From contig CT868654.1 in NCBI GenBank assembly GCA_000165425.1, forward strand, positions 1-64,000: DNA of 64,000 nucleotides. Reading direction: 5' to 3'. Below are positions 38,921-49,792 of this stretch, piece by piece. The stretch comes from Paramecium tetraurelia. Lineage: Eukaryota. The first letter of the stretch is position 1. Each line of letters starts with the position of its first letter. Both the position numbers and the translations under genes were made by a program. The notes beneath the pieces were generated by a model, which was given only the letters and a program-made list of their open reading frames with translations, searched no databases and had not been told where the DNA came from.

Positions 38921-39334
38921 TCAGAGCATCCCAATGAATTTGGAATTCAAGTTTTTGCTGGAATGCCTCTCCGACATTGGTTTAAGGGGACTCTAGAGAA
39001 AGGTGCCTGATCTCATATCGATAATAATGGTTTCCGATATTTAAGTTAATTTCTAAAACGATAGGAATTATTCCATTACCAAGTCCCTGGTTTCCTTAAA
39101 TTCACGGGAGGACATTTGTTTTGCGGCAAATTTGGAGTCGATTTGGGTGATAGACGGCATGGGTTGAGGGAATTCATCCATGAAATCCATTTAATCGATG
39201 TCTCCAATAATGGAGATCTTCATTGGTTCCATCACTTGAGCCTTGTGAGTGAGGATAAGAGATGGAGCCTTGGTCAGGGGTCTCAGTTCGTTGGCTCTGA
39301 GAGTTGTATTGGGTCTATCTTAGCAACATCCCAT
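38921..39334 (-). CDS. Small N-acylated (MGCC) hypothetical protein, paralogue A
   Basis: MGCCQDRPN...ETIIIDMRSG...KNLNSKFIGML*. One 27-nt intron; 128 aa. Confidence 0.78.
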
Positions 39335-39453
39335 TATCTTTTGATAGCTTTGAGAAATTGATTTTAAATTAATAAAATCGAAATTAAGAGAGTGTATATC
39401 AATGATATAAATACTCATGATAAGTGTAACTACAAAGTTAGGAGAGTTTTCCC

Positions 39454-39787
39454 TCACAGCATTCCAATAAATTTATTGTTTAAGTTCTTATTGGTCATCT
39501 GTTTTTTCGAAGGACTGGGAGCTTATCGCAAATCGATAATCACCTCCTCCTTCAAGTTGAGACTACTGGTTTTCGTGATATTATTTGACCTCAGCTTCTC
39601 TAGTAAGCCCTTTTCCTCGCAAGTACTCTGAAAGCATTCCATTTGTTCCATGATTTCATCAGTATCCCCCTTAACTAGGTTGCTGGAGAGAGGAGCCATT
39701 GCTCAAGGATTTGGGTGAAAATTAGAAGCCTACATGATCCAAATGTAGTTCGTCTGAACACCTTAGTGAATTTTGGCAACAACCCAT
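39454..39787 (-). pseudogene. Small MGCC protein, paralogue B, with an apparent +1 frameshift
   Basis: MGCCQNSLRC... and ...EEVIIDLRQ...KNLNNKFIGML* are in different frames. The span is 334 nt (3n+1) and no GT-AG intron of suitable length was found. Confidence 0.6.
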
Positions 39788-39845
39788 TAAATAAATTAAT
39801 TTAAGATAAATTCAAAGTTCTTACACAATTTTTTATTCTTTATTT

Positions 39846-42800
39846 TCACCAATTCTTCCAATTTAATGAAGACTATATTATATATTAAATGATCTCTACC
39901 TCTCTTATATACAATTTGTTAAAGTCATCCTATTTCAATTTCTTGATAGCCTTTTCCCTCCTCTCCGTCTTGTTGTATTGCACAACAACCTGCTTTGATT
40001 CTGGTACCACATGAGCCTATCTGTGTAGATATTTATCAAAATCGAACTTCAGTTTCTTCAAACTAGCCTAAACAATCAGATGTGCAACTAAAAGAATTTT
40101 AAATATTTAAATACTGTATTTCTCATTATTTTCCAAACAGGTGAAGCATTCCTAAAAAACCTTTTGATTTTTCAGTTTCAAACTGTTAAAGCTCTTCTAA
40201 TTGTTGCCATGAAGTTCAATGTAGCATTCCTAATGGAAACTGTGTCCACATTAAAAAGCCACAGCCTTGGTGCATTTAGTGATTCGATCATTGCATTCCC
40301 CACAAAATCTATCCACACAGACCCCTTGATTCATCTACTGGAAGAGTTTCTTGTTCAAAGCCTTGTAAGTGACATCAGTCTGTCGCATAGCAATGTTGTA
40401 GGAGGGCAATTCAAAGGCGAACTTTTCTTGGATGGATTAATTGGTCTTGAGAAAAACCCTCAGTGGAATAGAACCATAATGTTAATGCATTTTCTACAAT
40501 AATATGCAAATTTTACATTCAACAACTTCTCCAACTCTATGCATTTAGACATGGCTAAGAAGACCTCAGAAACGATGTCTCCATGCAACTTTCTTAAGAT
40601 TTCTGGAACCTTCACATCAGTCAGCTGCTCTAGTTTATGCTATTTGAAAAAAGAGTCTAAAAATTAAAACCAATAGCCATCATCCTCTATCTTAGAACAA
40701 AGATCAATTATGTAATTCAATTTCTCAAAAATGTCTTCCTAATCAGCTTCCGATATGGTCTTTGACCTGGCAAATGACTTATGAGAATCCTTCAATCTAT
40801 TGATGAAGAGCAATGTCAACATATCCAGAGCCTTCTAGATGGCTCCATTTTTTTGGAGTAAATAGGCAGCAGCATTATACACCTTGTGCTTTTCGCAGAT
40901 CGCCAAGGCATCATCCAAAGGGAAATCTCCATTCTGGACATCCTTCAGCACTTCCTTAGGAGCTCTTTAACAAAGGAGTTCAAGGTAGAGCAATCTGATT
41001 GAATCAGAGGCCTTCTCATTCTTTATGTATTATTTGAGGTAATGCAATTGATTTTGAGGGGTTTTCTCTAATTTCTGAATAATTTTCCTTTGCAATTCTA
41101 CATCATGGAAGTATTCCTTGAAAATTCGATTGGTATATTATTAACTAATCGTCATTAATGCATCACAATTATCAATGATAAACTCTTATAATTGCATGAG
41201 GAATTGCTCGTCACTATGAATCAAGAGTCGCTCTACAACTTCGAATACGTTTCTTTTCATTATTGAGTTTGACATTAGGAAATAATTCTAAATGCAAGCG
41301 AAATAACCTTTTTGTTTATAAATAAGAAAGGCTCTGAATTCTGGATATTGAGTGCTCTCATCAAATACAATGGGGATATCGTTCAATTGACTCGTATCAT
41401 AGATGTGAATCAGATAGGCATTTTTATTGACTTCATAGGATTCTAAGTAAATAGGATCTGAATCTTGGGTATTGAAGTTATATAGTTTCACGGTTTGAAA
41501 ATAGGATGGAGAGAGGAGTTCTATGAATAGCTTCTCCTTGAATTATTGAGTCAGTTGAGTTGGGAATTACATGAGTAATTGAGAGTAGAATAACAAGAAA
41601 TGGTTAAGTTATTCAGCAAGGGTGATTTAATGATATTGCTGAGTCTTGTCATTGTATACAATTTGATAGTGTTCTTGAGTCTTGATTTCTTGTCTAGTAT
41701 TTTCAATGGCACTCAGCATCAATTTCAGGATTTCAGGAACATGATCAATGATCTCAAATTTAAATTCCAGGGAGTGTGGCTGATTTGATGTTAGTGTAGA
41801 TGTGATGTTGCATGAATTGCATAAGCAATTGAAGTGATAGCCGAATGTCAATGAGTATGAATTGTTTAAGGTTTTCTGTATTGAAAATGAAGGATACTAA
41901 TCCCCTCAACATATCAAAATAGATATTATGTGGCACACGTTCTCCCAAGATGTTGATTCCCTTTACACACATACGAACATATGCCAAAATATTATAGCCT
42001 AGCTTAATCCTGAATTGACGCAACTTCTCCTTTTCAATATGGCAATGCTCCTTCTACTCTGATTAACATTTATTTTCCCAAAGATTCATCAGTTTCATTA
42101 ATCCAGTGATGAAATCTCCCTACTTTGTGCACAAGTATATCATGGCCTTATACAAGTGATAATCCATGCAGACCTTAATTAGTAGTGTAGGTTCTTATTG
42201 ATGTAAATCTAATTGAAGTACGAGTTGTTGTATCATTTCCTTATCGTTTTGGTAGAAGTTCACATAGTCAACAAAGAAGGATTCAGGAATGAATGCAATT
42301 TACTTGTTTTTGATGAAGGGATCTAAACAAGTGAAATATAATTTCATCTATTGGATGTCTTTGAAGAAATCCTTCAGCACAACTAAAGCATATGACATGT
42401 TATCAACTCTGAGCAAGAACTCTATTGTCTTTTTTATTTTATTCTCCTTCTCTTATTAAGATAATGGAATGTCTAATGGTTTCAGAGCAAACATAATATG
42501 AGTAAAGGCAATCTTCTAAAACATTTAACTCATCTATTCTTAACGTGCTGATAGAGAGGAGGCGATCTCACTCAGTATTTTGATTTATCCTTGGTAGATG
42601 AGCATTCCTTAGTGCATAGCTTTCTCCCATTGATTCTTCTCAATCAGGTCTTCCAGATATTCATTCCAAGTTTACAGTCTCTCAATTAATATGTTATTCT
42701 TCCTCAATGAAACAATGCCATTCTCATATATTTGCACTTGACAAGGTTTGCTTGGACCCTCATAAGACACAGAAATTTCAGCCGTTTGAGGTTCAACGTC

Positions 42801-44232
42801 CTCTTTAGATAGCATCCTGGATTTAGGTTCCAAAATAACTATTCCATCATCCTACTTGGCAAACTAAAATTAAGTGGTATGAATCAAGGCAACCCAATTC
42901 GAATCTGAAAATGCATAAATGATATTATTGGTTAAAAATGAACTCTTTATAATGTTACCTTTCTCTTTCTCCATCTTGTAAACGGCACTTAATAAATATT
43001 TAAATTGATATACCCCTCTACAATTTCAAGTTCATCTTCTATGTTCATGCATTTGACTAAATGAAATATGTCACCCCATCTTATACATAACAATTTGGCA
43101 TTCTGATATGACTTTTGGAAGTACCCCTCTCCCCAGGATAATTCTCCACTTTCAGTGTTGTCCTGTTAGGGAGTATCAATAGAGAAGGTGTTTCTTTTAA
43201 GAGTATACACAATTTCGCATTTTAGTGAGCCTAGATTGATGAATTCAGTATTGTTACCTTTATAGAATTTGAGAATTTCAACACGATTAGAATATAGGAT
43301 GGCAGCAACGACCACTTGTTGGATATTTTGATTGAGTTACTGAGTCATGGCTTCAGGCATCAACTTAATGTCCAGAGCAAACTTGGTCAATTAGCCATCA
43401 TTATCGCTGGATTGCCTGACCGAGGGATCTGTGAGTTCACTGTTTTCTTCTTCTTTTTTGAATATACTTTTGGCATTATTCCACCAAGAGGATTGTTTTT
43501 ATTTTGGTTATTGGGTATTACGTTTGATGTGATAGATTTTGCCATTCTTGTAGATTTTGTCTTTGGAATGAGTGACGATGTATTTGTCCATGACTGTCAT
43601 CACTGTGAATGAGTGTTTGTAGATGACTCCATGTTCATCGAGGGAGAGTGCTTCGATGGTGGAGGAGGGTATGAAGAGGACTTACACGACTTTGCCGGAA
43701 TGCAATTTGGATTCGTGATGCAAGCGTTCCCATTTGCGCCCTACTTCGTATAATTGTATGTCTCCTCTCTCAAAACCAACCAACATATACTTTTCCCAAC
43801 ATTGAATTGCCAGCACTGAGCCATATCTGGTCTATCGTTCTCCTGCATTGAGTATGGCTTGGATGGACTCCACTCTCCCATTTACCACTTCAATGCAGAT
43901 GATCACTGAATGTTGGGTGCCAATCATTAGATACCTCTTTTGACGATGCATATAGAAGCAGAGTTGAGTGGGTTGTCCATAACTGCCATACAATTCATTG
44001 GCTTGTTGTGCAAAACCATAAATGGGATTGACTTGAAAGCAATCTGGTTATTGTTGCACTTTATCCTAAAAGAAAGTATTCCTATCTCTGGACTCCAAGG
44101 AGAGCTTTTTTAGTTCGAAATATGGTGTGTTACCTTAAGAGATTGATAGATCGATTCAAGTTGCTCGAGAATGTTGAATTGCGTAAATTGCTAATATCTA
44201 CTCCGTAATACCTCGTAATTTAGATAATACAT
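39846..44232 (-). CDS. VPS8: CORVET subunit Vps8
   Basis: Beta-propeller (YGQPT..LMIGTQHS, YGSVLAI..VGFERGDIQLY), then LQTWNEYLEDLIEKNQWEKA, CLDPFIKNK, LGYNILAYVRMC, FPLDDALAICEKH and a C-terminal RING (FQCGHSFHQEC). Confidence 0.85.
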
Positions 44233-44303
44233 TTAATTATTATTCTAAACTTAATCCCCCAAAGAACTCAGATCAATAAGTAATAAATAATAAATAATTG
44301 ATT

Positions 44304-44924
44304 TCACTCCCTCTTCATCAAGGATTGCACCTCGCTCAATTTATTAGAAACTGGCAATCTCAATTGCATCTCTGATTTGCTCTGTCTCAACATCTCCTGT
44401 CTGGCACTAGTCGATGTTGCTCCCAATCTCTCCTCCATCTTGGAATTGACACTCCTCACAGTGCATGGTCTCATTGGTTACACGAATTTCGAGACTTGAT
44501 TAAACATGGGACCAATCTCTAGATTCTTTCTTTTAGACTCCTCTCTCGAGTAAGAACACATGCGTTTCATTTTGTAAAATGCACTGCTCATTACCTTGCT
44601 AGCCATTGCACCTCGAGGGATGTAGAAATTTGATGGGAATTAATCCAAACGAGATGTGGTTGTGGCTGCATCTTCCATTTGCACTTCTGTTTTTTGCTTT
44701 GAAGTATGAGTCTTCAGACGATGAAACTGGATACTCTCTTTTGGCTTTTCTTCTCTCTTCTTGTGGATGCTCTGCAAATATTCAATGACATTGATGTAAG
44801 GAGGATCGTGGTTTCGTGGAGATCGTATCTATTAGATCTGATTTAGAATGTTGGACTAGAATTTCTTGCCTATCATTCGAGATCTCAACTATTTATGTTT
44901 GCAGTTTTGACATAGATCTGCCAT
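44304..44924 (-). CDS. Hypothetical protein (206 aa)
   Basis: Open code-6 frame MADLCQNCKHKQLRSRMIGKK...SLMKRE*. Confidence 0.65.
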
Positions 44925-44953
44925 CAATTAATTTCTTATTATAATATTTTTAT

Positions 44954-45541
44954 TCATTTCCATATCTTTATCGTATGATCCCGACTGGCAGTAACCAAAT
45001 AACTATTATCATGGTCTAAATATATCATGTCTGTGACGCAGTCCTTGTGCTCAAAAAAATTGCCAGAATTGCNNNNNNNNNNNNNNNNNNNNNNNNNNNN
45101 NNNNNNNNNNNNNNNNNNNNNNNNNNNNNNNNNNNNNNNNNNNNNNNNNNNNNNNNNNNNNNNNNNNNNNNNNNNNNNNNNNNNNNNNNNNNNNNNNNNN
45201 NNNNNNNNNNNNNNNNNNNNNNAGGGTATCCTTTTGTGATGTTCTGTTCGACCCTCACTGATTAAACTAGCCCATCTGGTTTTGCGTTCCTCCTTCTTTA
45301 GTGAAGGACATCGGGTTCCTGTGTGAGATCCCTTGGCTCTCAATCTCATAATCTGTGAAATCGTTGGCTTCTAATAAAACATATTTGTTGTTTGGGTTGG
45401 ACCATCATGTCTCACCGTGCTCGATTACTTCTTGAACGTATCCTTCACAGCCTGACTGAATTCAGCATCATTGAACATGTCGTCTATCTCGCCCAAAGAG
45501 ATTCTCGTTTACTTATTACCGTACGTCTTGCGATTACTCAT
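44954..45541 (-). CDS. WD40-containing protein interrupted by an assembly gap
   Basis: 5' part MSNRKTYGNKQTRISLGEIDD; after the gap, EHKDCVTDMIYL..LVTASRDHTIKIWK*. The two sides could belong to different genes. Confidence 0.6.
45073..45222. other. Assembly gap (150 N)
   Basis: Run of N. Confidence 1.
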
Positions 45542-45552
45542 TAATTTAATAA

Positions 45553-46105
45553 ATGTAAGTTGCATTCAGTGTCATTTGTGTCGGATTAGACAACGCAGGC
45601 AAAACCAGTCTGTTGCGCACTCTCTCCAACAGTTAAAGAATGGAGATATTCCCAACGCCCACCATGGAGATCCACTATGTTATTTGTCCCAAAATAGGGA
45701 AGTATTGTCTCGTGTACGATATGTCCGGAAATGGTCGTCATAGATCAAATTGGAGGATCCTCTATCAAGATGTCCAAGCCATGATCTATGTCATCGACAC
45801 CAGTGATTCAGAATACAGGTAGCATACAAATTCATTTCATTAGATTCCATTTATAAAGACATCTTATTGAAGAAGTGCTGAATGATGATTTAATCAAAAA
45901 AAGTGCCATTCCCATTCTATTCCTATTCAATAAGAATGACAAGAAGAATAGATTCAACAAAGACGATCTCATCAAAGTACTAGGATTGGACTCCAAGAAA
46001 TTCAAAAATAAATTCATTTTCAAAGAAACTTCTAGTTTTGAAATTTCAAAATTGAAAGAGGCTATTGACAATCTAACTGATGCTCTCTTTAGTAAAAAAT
46101 AATGA
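45553..46105 (+). CDS. Arf-like small GTPase, ARL6/BBS3-related (divergent)
   Basis: VGLDNAGKT, YDMSGNGRHRSNW, IYVIDTSD and IPILFLFNKND. One 25-nt intron; 175 aa. Confidence 0.85.
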
Positions 46106-46131
46106 TTTATTATAATTATTATCTTTACTTA

Positions 46132-47362
46132 TCATTTATTCATTTCATGACTTGCCTCACCCAAACAACTCACCTGTCTAATTATCCATATCGATGCGAT
46201 CGCCACACAAATGCACACACAAACCACCTTGAATATATACAAATAATCATTTATCTAAATTTATTTACTCTATTTCTCAAATGTAGCCAACTTAGCAAAC
46301 CCAATTTGCTTATTGTCAATGTCAAACACAGTTACATGTTTTCTTATGAAAGTATCCCCCAATATCCAGTAATTATTAGAACTCTTTGTAAACGATAACA
46401 CACAAACTGACACATCCATGTAAATGTAATCATGAGGACTCAATACCAATTTCAACTCACCCTCCAAACTGAATTCAAAATCAGGGAAATGTGAAAAATC
46501 CCCATCTGGACATGAACATTTTATTTGGTATTGAGAGTATTGGCAAAACTATTTGTATTCATCTCTTAAAATAGATAATAATTAAGTAAATTGATGAGTT
46601 GGTACAACAATCAAAGAAGTTCCAGTGTCAATCAATGCCGACACATCATTAATTAGAACTTTATTATTCATTTAAATAGTGTTTAGTTTTACTGACCAAG
46701 AATCGGTCTTATCCAATTTAACATATTAAACTTCGGAACTCATGTAACGAGTATCATAACCACCCAGGAACAAAGCAGATGAATTATTGATTTATTCAGG
46801 TATTGAATTCAAGTAGAATGTAAACATCCTCTTATTGATCAAATGTTGATCATACAGCATGTTGATTAAGGAATTGAATCCAAATTATTCTTGCAAACCT
46901 AAACCCAAAATGCCATCAGCTCTCAAGTTGTCTAAATTTGATTGTGAATTCACTATCAGGAATTGGAAGTTGGAGACCGTCAAATTAGATATCTGTAACT
47001 GATCAAAGGCCTTGTTACCTCTTATTTCCCCCTATCCATACTAGACATTATATTGTTCTTTGGTCATTAAACAATTGGGACTTGATTGGCAATCAAAGGA
47101 GGCTTTCTTCGATTATGAGGCACACGTATTTGAAAATACCTTAATAGTGATTCGATGTTACCCAAAAAATTGAGGAACCTGTATCAAAGAGCAATTCAAG
47201 ATCCTATTCCCCTATTTTGATAATCCCAGTGTATTGAGTGTTCTTGAAATTATTGATCAATAGATCATTTCTCAGGTGCCTATTATAATGGTGAGGCATG
47301 GGTTTATGCAAATCGATCTTCACATAGGCACTAATTAGTTAAAATAATAAATATAAAATCAT
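46132..47362 (-). CDS. Pepsin-family (A1) aspartyl protease with signal peptide and C-terminal TM helix
   Basis: MILYLLFQLISA signal; LLFDTGSS and LIDTGTS catalytic motifs; DGILGLG; WILGDTFIRK. Reading TAG as Gln extends the frame into YLYIFKVVCVCICVAIASIWII. Confidence 0.92.
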
Positions 47363-47367
47363 TAATT

Positions 47368-49689
47368 ATGGAAGCATTGCAATATAAATTGAGTCAAACA
47401 ATCGCAGCCCACAATGGTATAGTGAGATCCATCTCCACCTAAGGCAATGAATTAATAACATGTAATCACATTCTCAATCCTTCCCATAGGCTCAAGTGAC
47501 AAGACAGCAAAGTTGTACGAAATGAAGGATAATTCCTATCAATAAGTGACTTTGATATCATTCTTTGAAAAATACATTTATGCCACATGCGCTAGAGTCA
47601 ATGGAGGATATGCAGTTGGACACGATAACCAAATCTATTTGCTAGATAACGAAGGCAACCCATTAGGTATTTTGGAAGGACATGAATAATAAGTGTGTTC
47701 TTTGAAGAGCATCACAGAAAATGTACATTAAATCATCATTAACATAGTTACTGATCTCAGGATCATGGGATGCAACTGCCATCATATGGGATATTAGTTA
47801 AATGAAACAACTCTTTAGATTAAGTGGACATAAACATGGTGTGGCAGTATACGGGGATGAAAATTTAAATTTTATAACTGGATCCTAAGATGGAATTCTA
47901 CATTCTTGGTCTAAGGAAACCAAAGTCAAGAGTGTATAGGCTCATAAAGATATCATTAGAGAAATTTTACCATCTCCCTTAGGTGGTTATTTAACTTGCT
48001 CCAATGATGAGTCAATTAAGCTCTGGTCCAAAGATCTTGAATTGATTCAGACCTTTTTAGGACACAAAAGCTTCGTTTTTACAATGAAAGTTCTCTTGGA
48101 CCAAGTAATTAGTGGAGGTGATGATAGAATGGTAATTATCTGGAATTTAGATGGCACTCCAAAATAAACTATTTAATTGCCAGATACTGTGTGGACTGTA
48201 GCTCTAAATAATTACAATGACATTTTGATTGGGACAAGTGATGGGAAGGTCAGAGTGTTTACAACTGATCCAACTAGATTGGCTACTTAGGCTGAAATAG
48301 AAGGGTTAGAGTAGGAAGCTTCTTTATCCAATGCCAAACAAGAGGGAGGGATGTCTGAAGAAGAAATATAGAAATTGCCAGGAGTAGATAAGCTGGCTAC
48401 GATGGTAGGAAAGAAAGAGGGGGAAATTAGATTGTTTAGAAATGGAAATAAACCTGAGGCTTACATGTGGAGTGCTGCTACTAGGAATTGGTAATTGATT
48501 GGAGATGTGATTGGTGGCAAAGGGGCAAGCTCAAGGAAGTTCTTTTAAGGAGATAAATACTTTGAGGCTGGAGAGTATGATCATGTCTTTGATGTAGAAG
48601 ATGATAATGGAATCACCAAACTCTTACCCTACAATGAAGGGGAAAGCTTTTATGACACAGCCGAGAAGTTTTGTTTAAGGGAAGGATACTCCAAACATTA
48701 CCTTTAGTAAATAGTTAACTTCTTGAAAAAGAATACATCCTTTGGGTAATCACAAAGATAAAAAAAGTCAGAGTTAGAAACTATGAAAGAATAATATGCT
48801 TAGCAATAAATATTACAGTAACAATAGGCCAAAAAATAAATTGATTTTCAATATATCCCTTACACTCAATGCACCTATTATGAAAACATGAATTTACAAG
48901 GCTTGAGTAAGAAACTATTTGAGTTCAATGCTTAAGTGTCTGAAGAGATTAGACTAACAGAGAAGGAATGTCTGATATTTAATAAAGGCATTGAAAGCCT
49001 AGGACAAGTGGGAGTTTAAAAGGCTGTCAATATTGAAAATTCTGTTAGTATCATCTTCCTTTAGAAATTATTAAAATGGGATGCCCAATACTTATTGCCA
49101 GTTTATGATTTCTTCAGAATATTCAGTGTTCATCATAGTAGCGAATAGCTTTTCGCAGGTCTGGAAAAAGGAATGAATCTATTCCTGAATATTTTCACAA
49201 TTGTCAATACTCAACCTATTAATATTGTTCTTGTAAGATTGGCCTTGTAAACATTATGTAATTGCTTGAAACATAATACTAATTCTTGTGCAATCCTATA
49301 TCATTTAAGAATAGTTAAAGACATTATTCTGTGTCTTCTAGATACAGATGAAAAGGTAAATTATTTATATCATCTAGACTGTTCAATTGCTAGGTAATCT
49401 GATTCTCAATTTATCAATTGGGATTTATTAACGAAATGGATTAAATGACTTAGCCAGTGAGATGTTATCTGAGACTGTAGTCACTTTTCTGTAATATCAA
49501 CAAAGAGATGTTGAAACAGTTGCCAAATTAGTTACTGCTCTAGGAAATTTAATGAGATCTCCTGCTAAGTAGATTAGAGAATAGTGTAAGAAAATAAGTT
49601 AGGGATTTGTTTAATCCTTGGTCATAGATACAAACAATTAAGACACACTTAAATGCTTGGAAGAAGTTAAATTGAGTATGTAAATTTGA
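47368..49689 (+). CDS. PLAA: Phospholipase A2-activating protein / Doa1 (WD40-PFU-PUL)
   Basis: YKLSQTIAAHNGIVRS, SGSWDATAIIW, TCSNDESIKLW, WQLIGDVIG, GEYDHVFDVEDD, KLLPYN and YLQQIVNFL, followed by the helical PUL region. Confidence 0.92.
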
Positions 49690-49792
49690 ATATTATAATT
49701 ATGAAATATAAATAATATCTATTGCTATTATAATTAAGTAATAATAGGAAAGTAGATTAATATCAATACAATAAAAATGAATATTTCATGTC

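Noticed and set aside
40164..43612. Plus-strand ORFs in the supplied track (also 27006-27332, 30065-30340, 58456-58689 and similar)
   Set aside because: They are antisense or off-frame artefacts over well-supported genes on the other strand.
44954..45349. ORFs spanning the N runs treated as continuous proteins
   Set aside because: Both gaps are exactly 150 N, probably placeholders, so frame and length across them are unknown.
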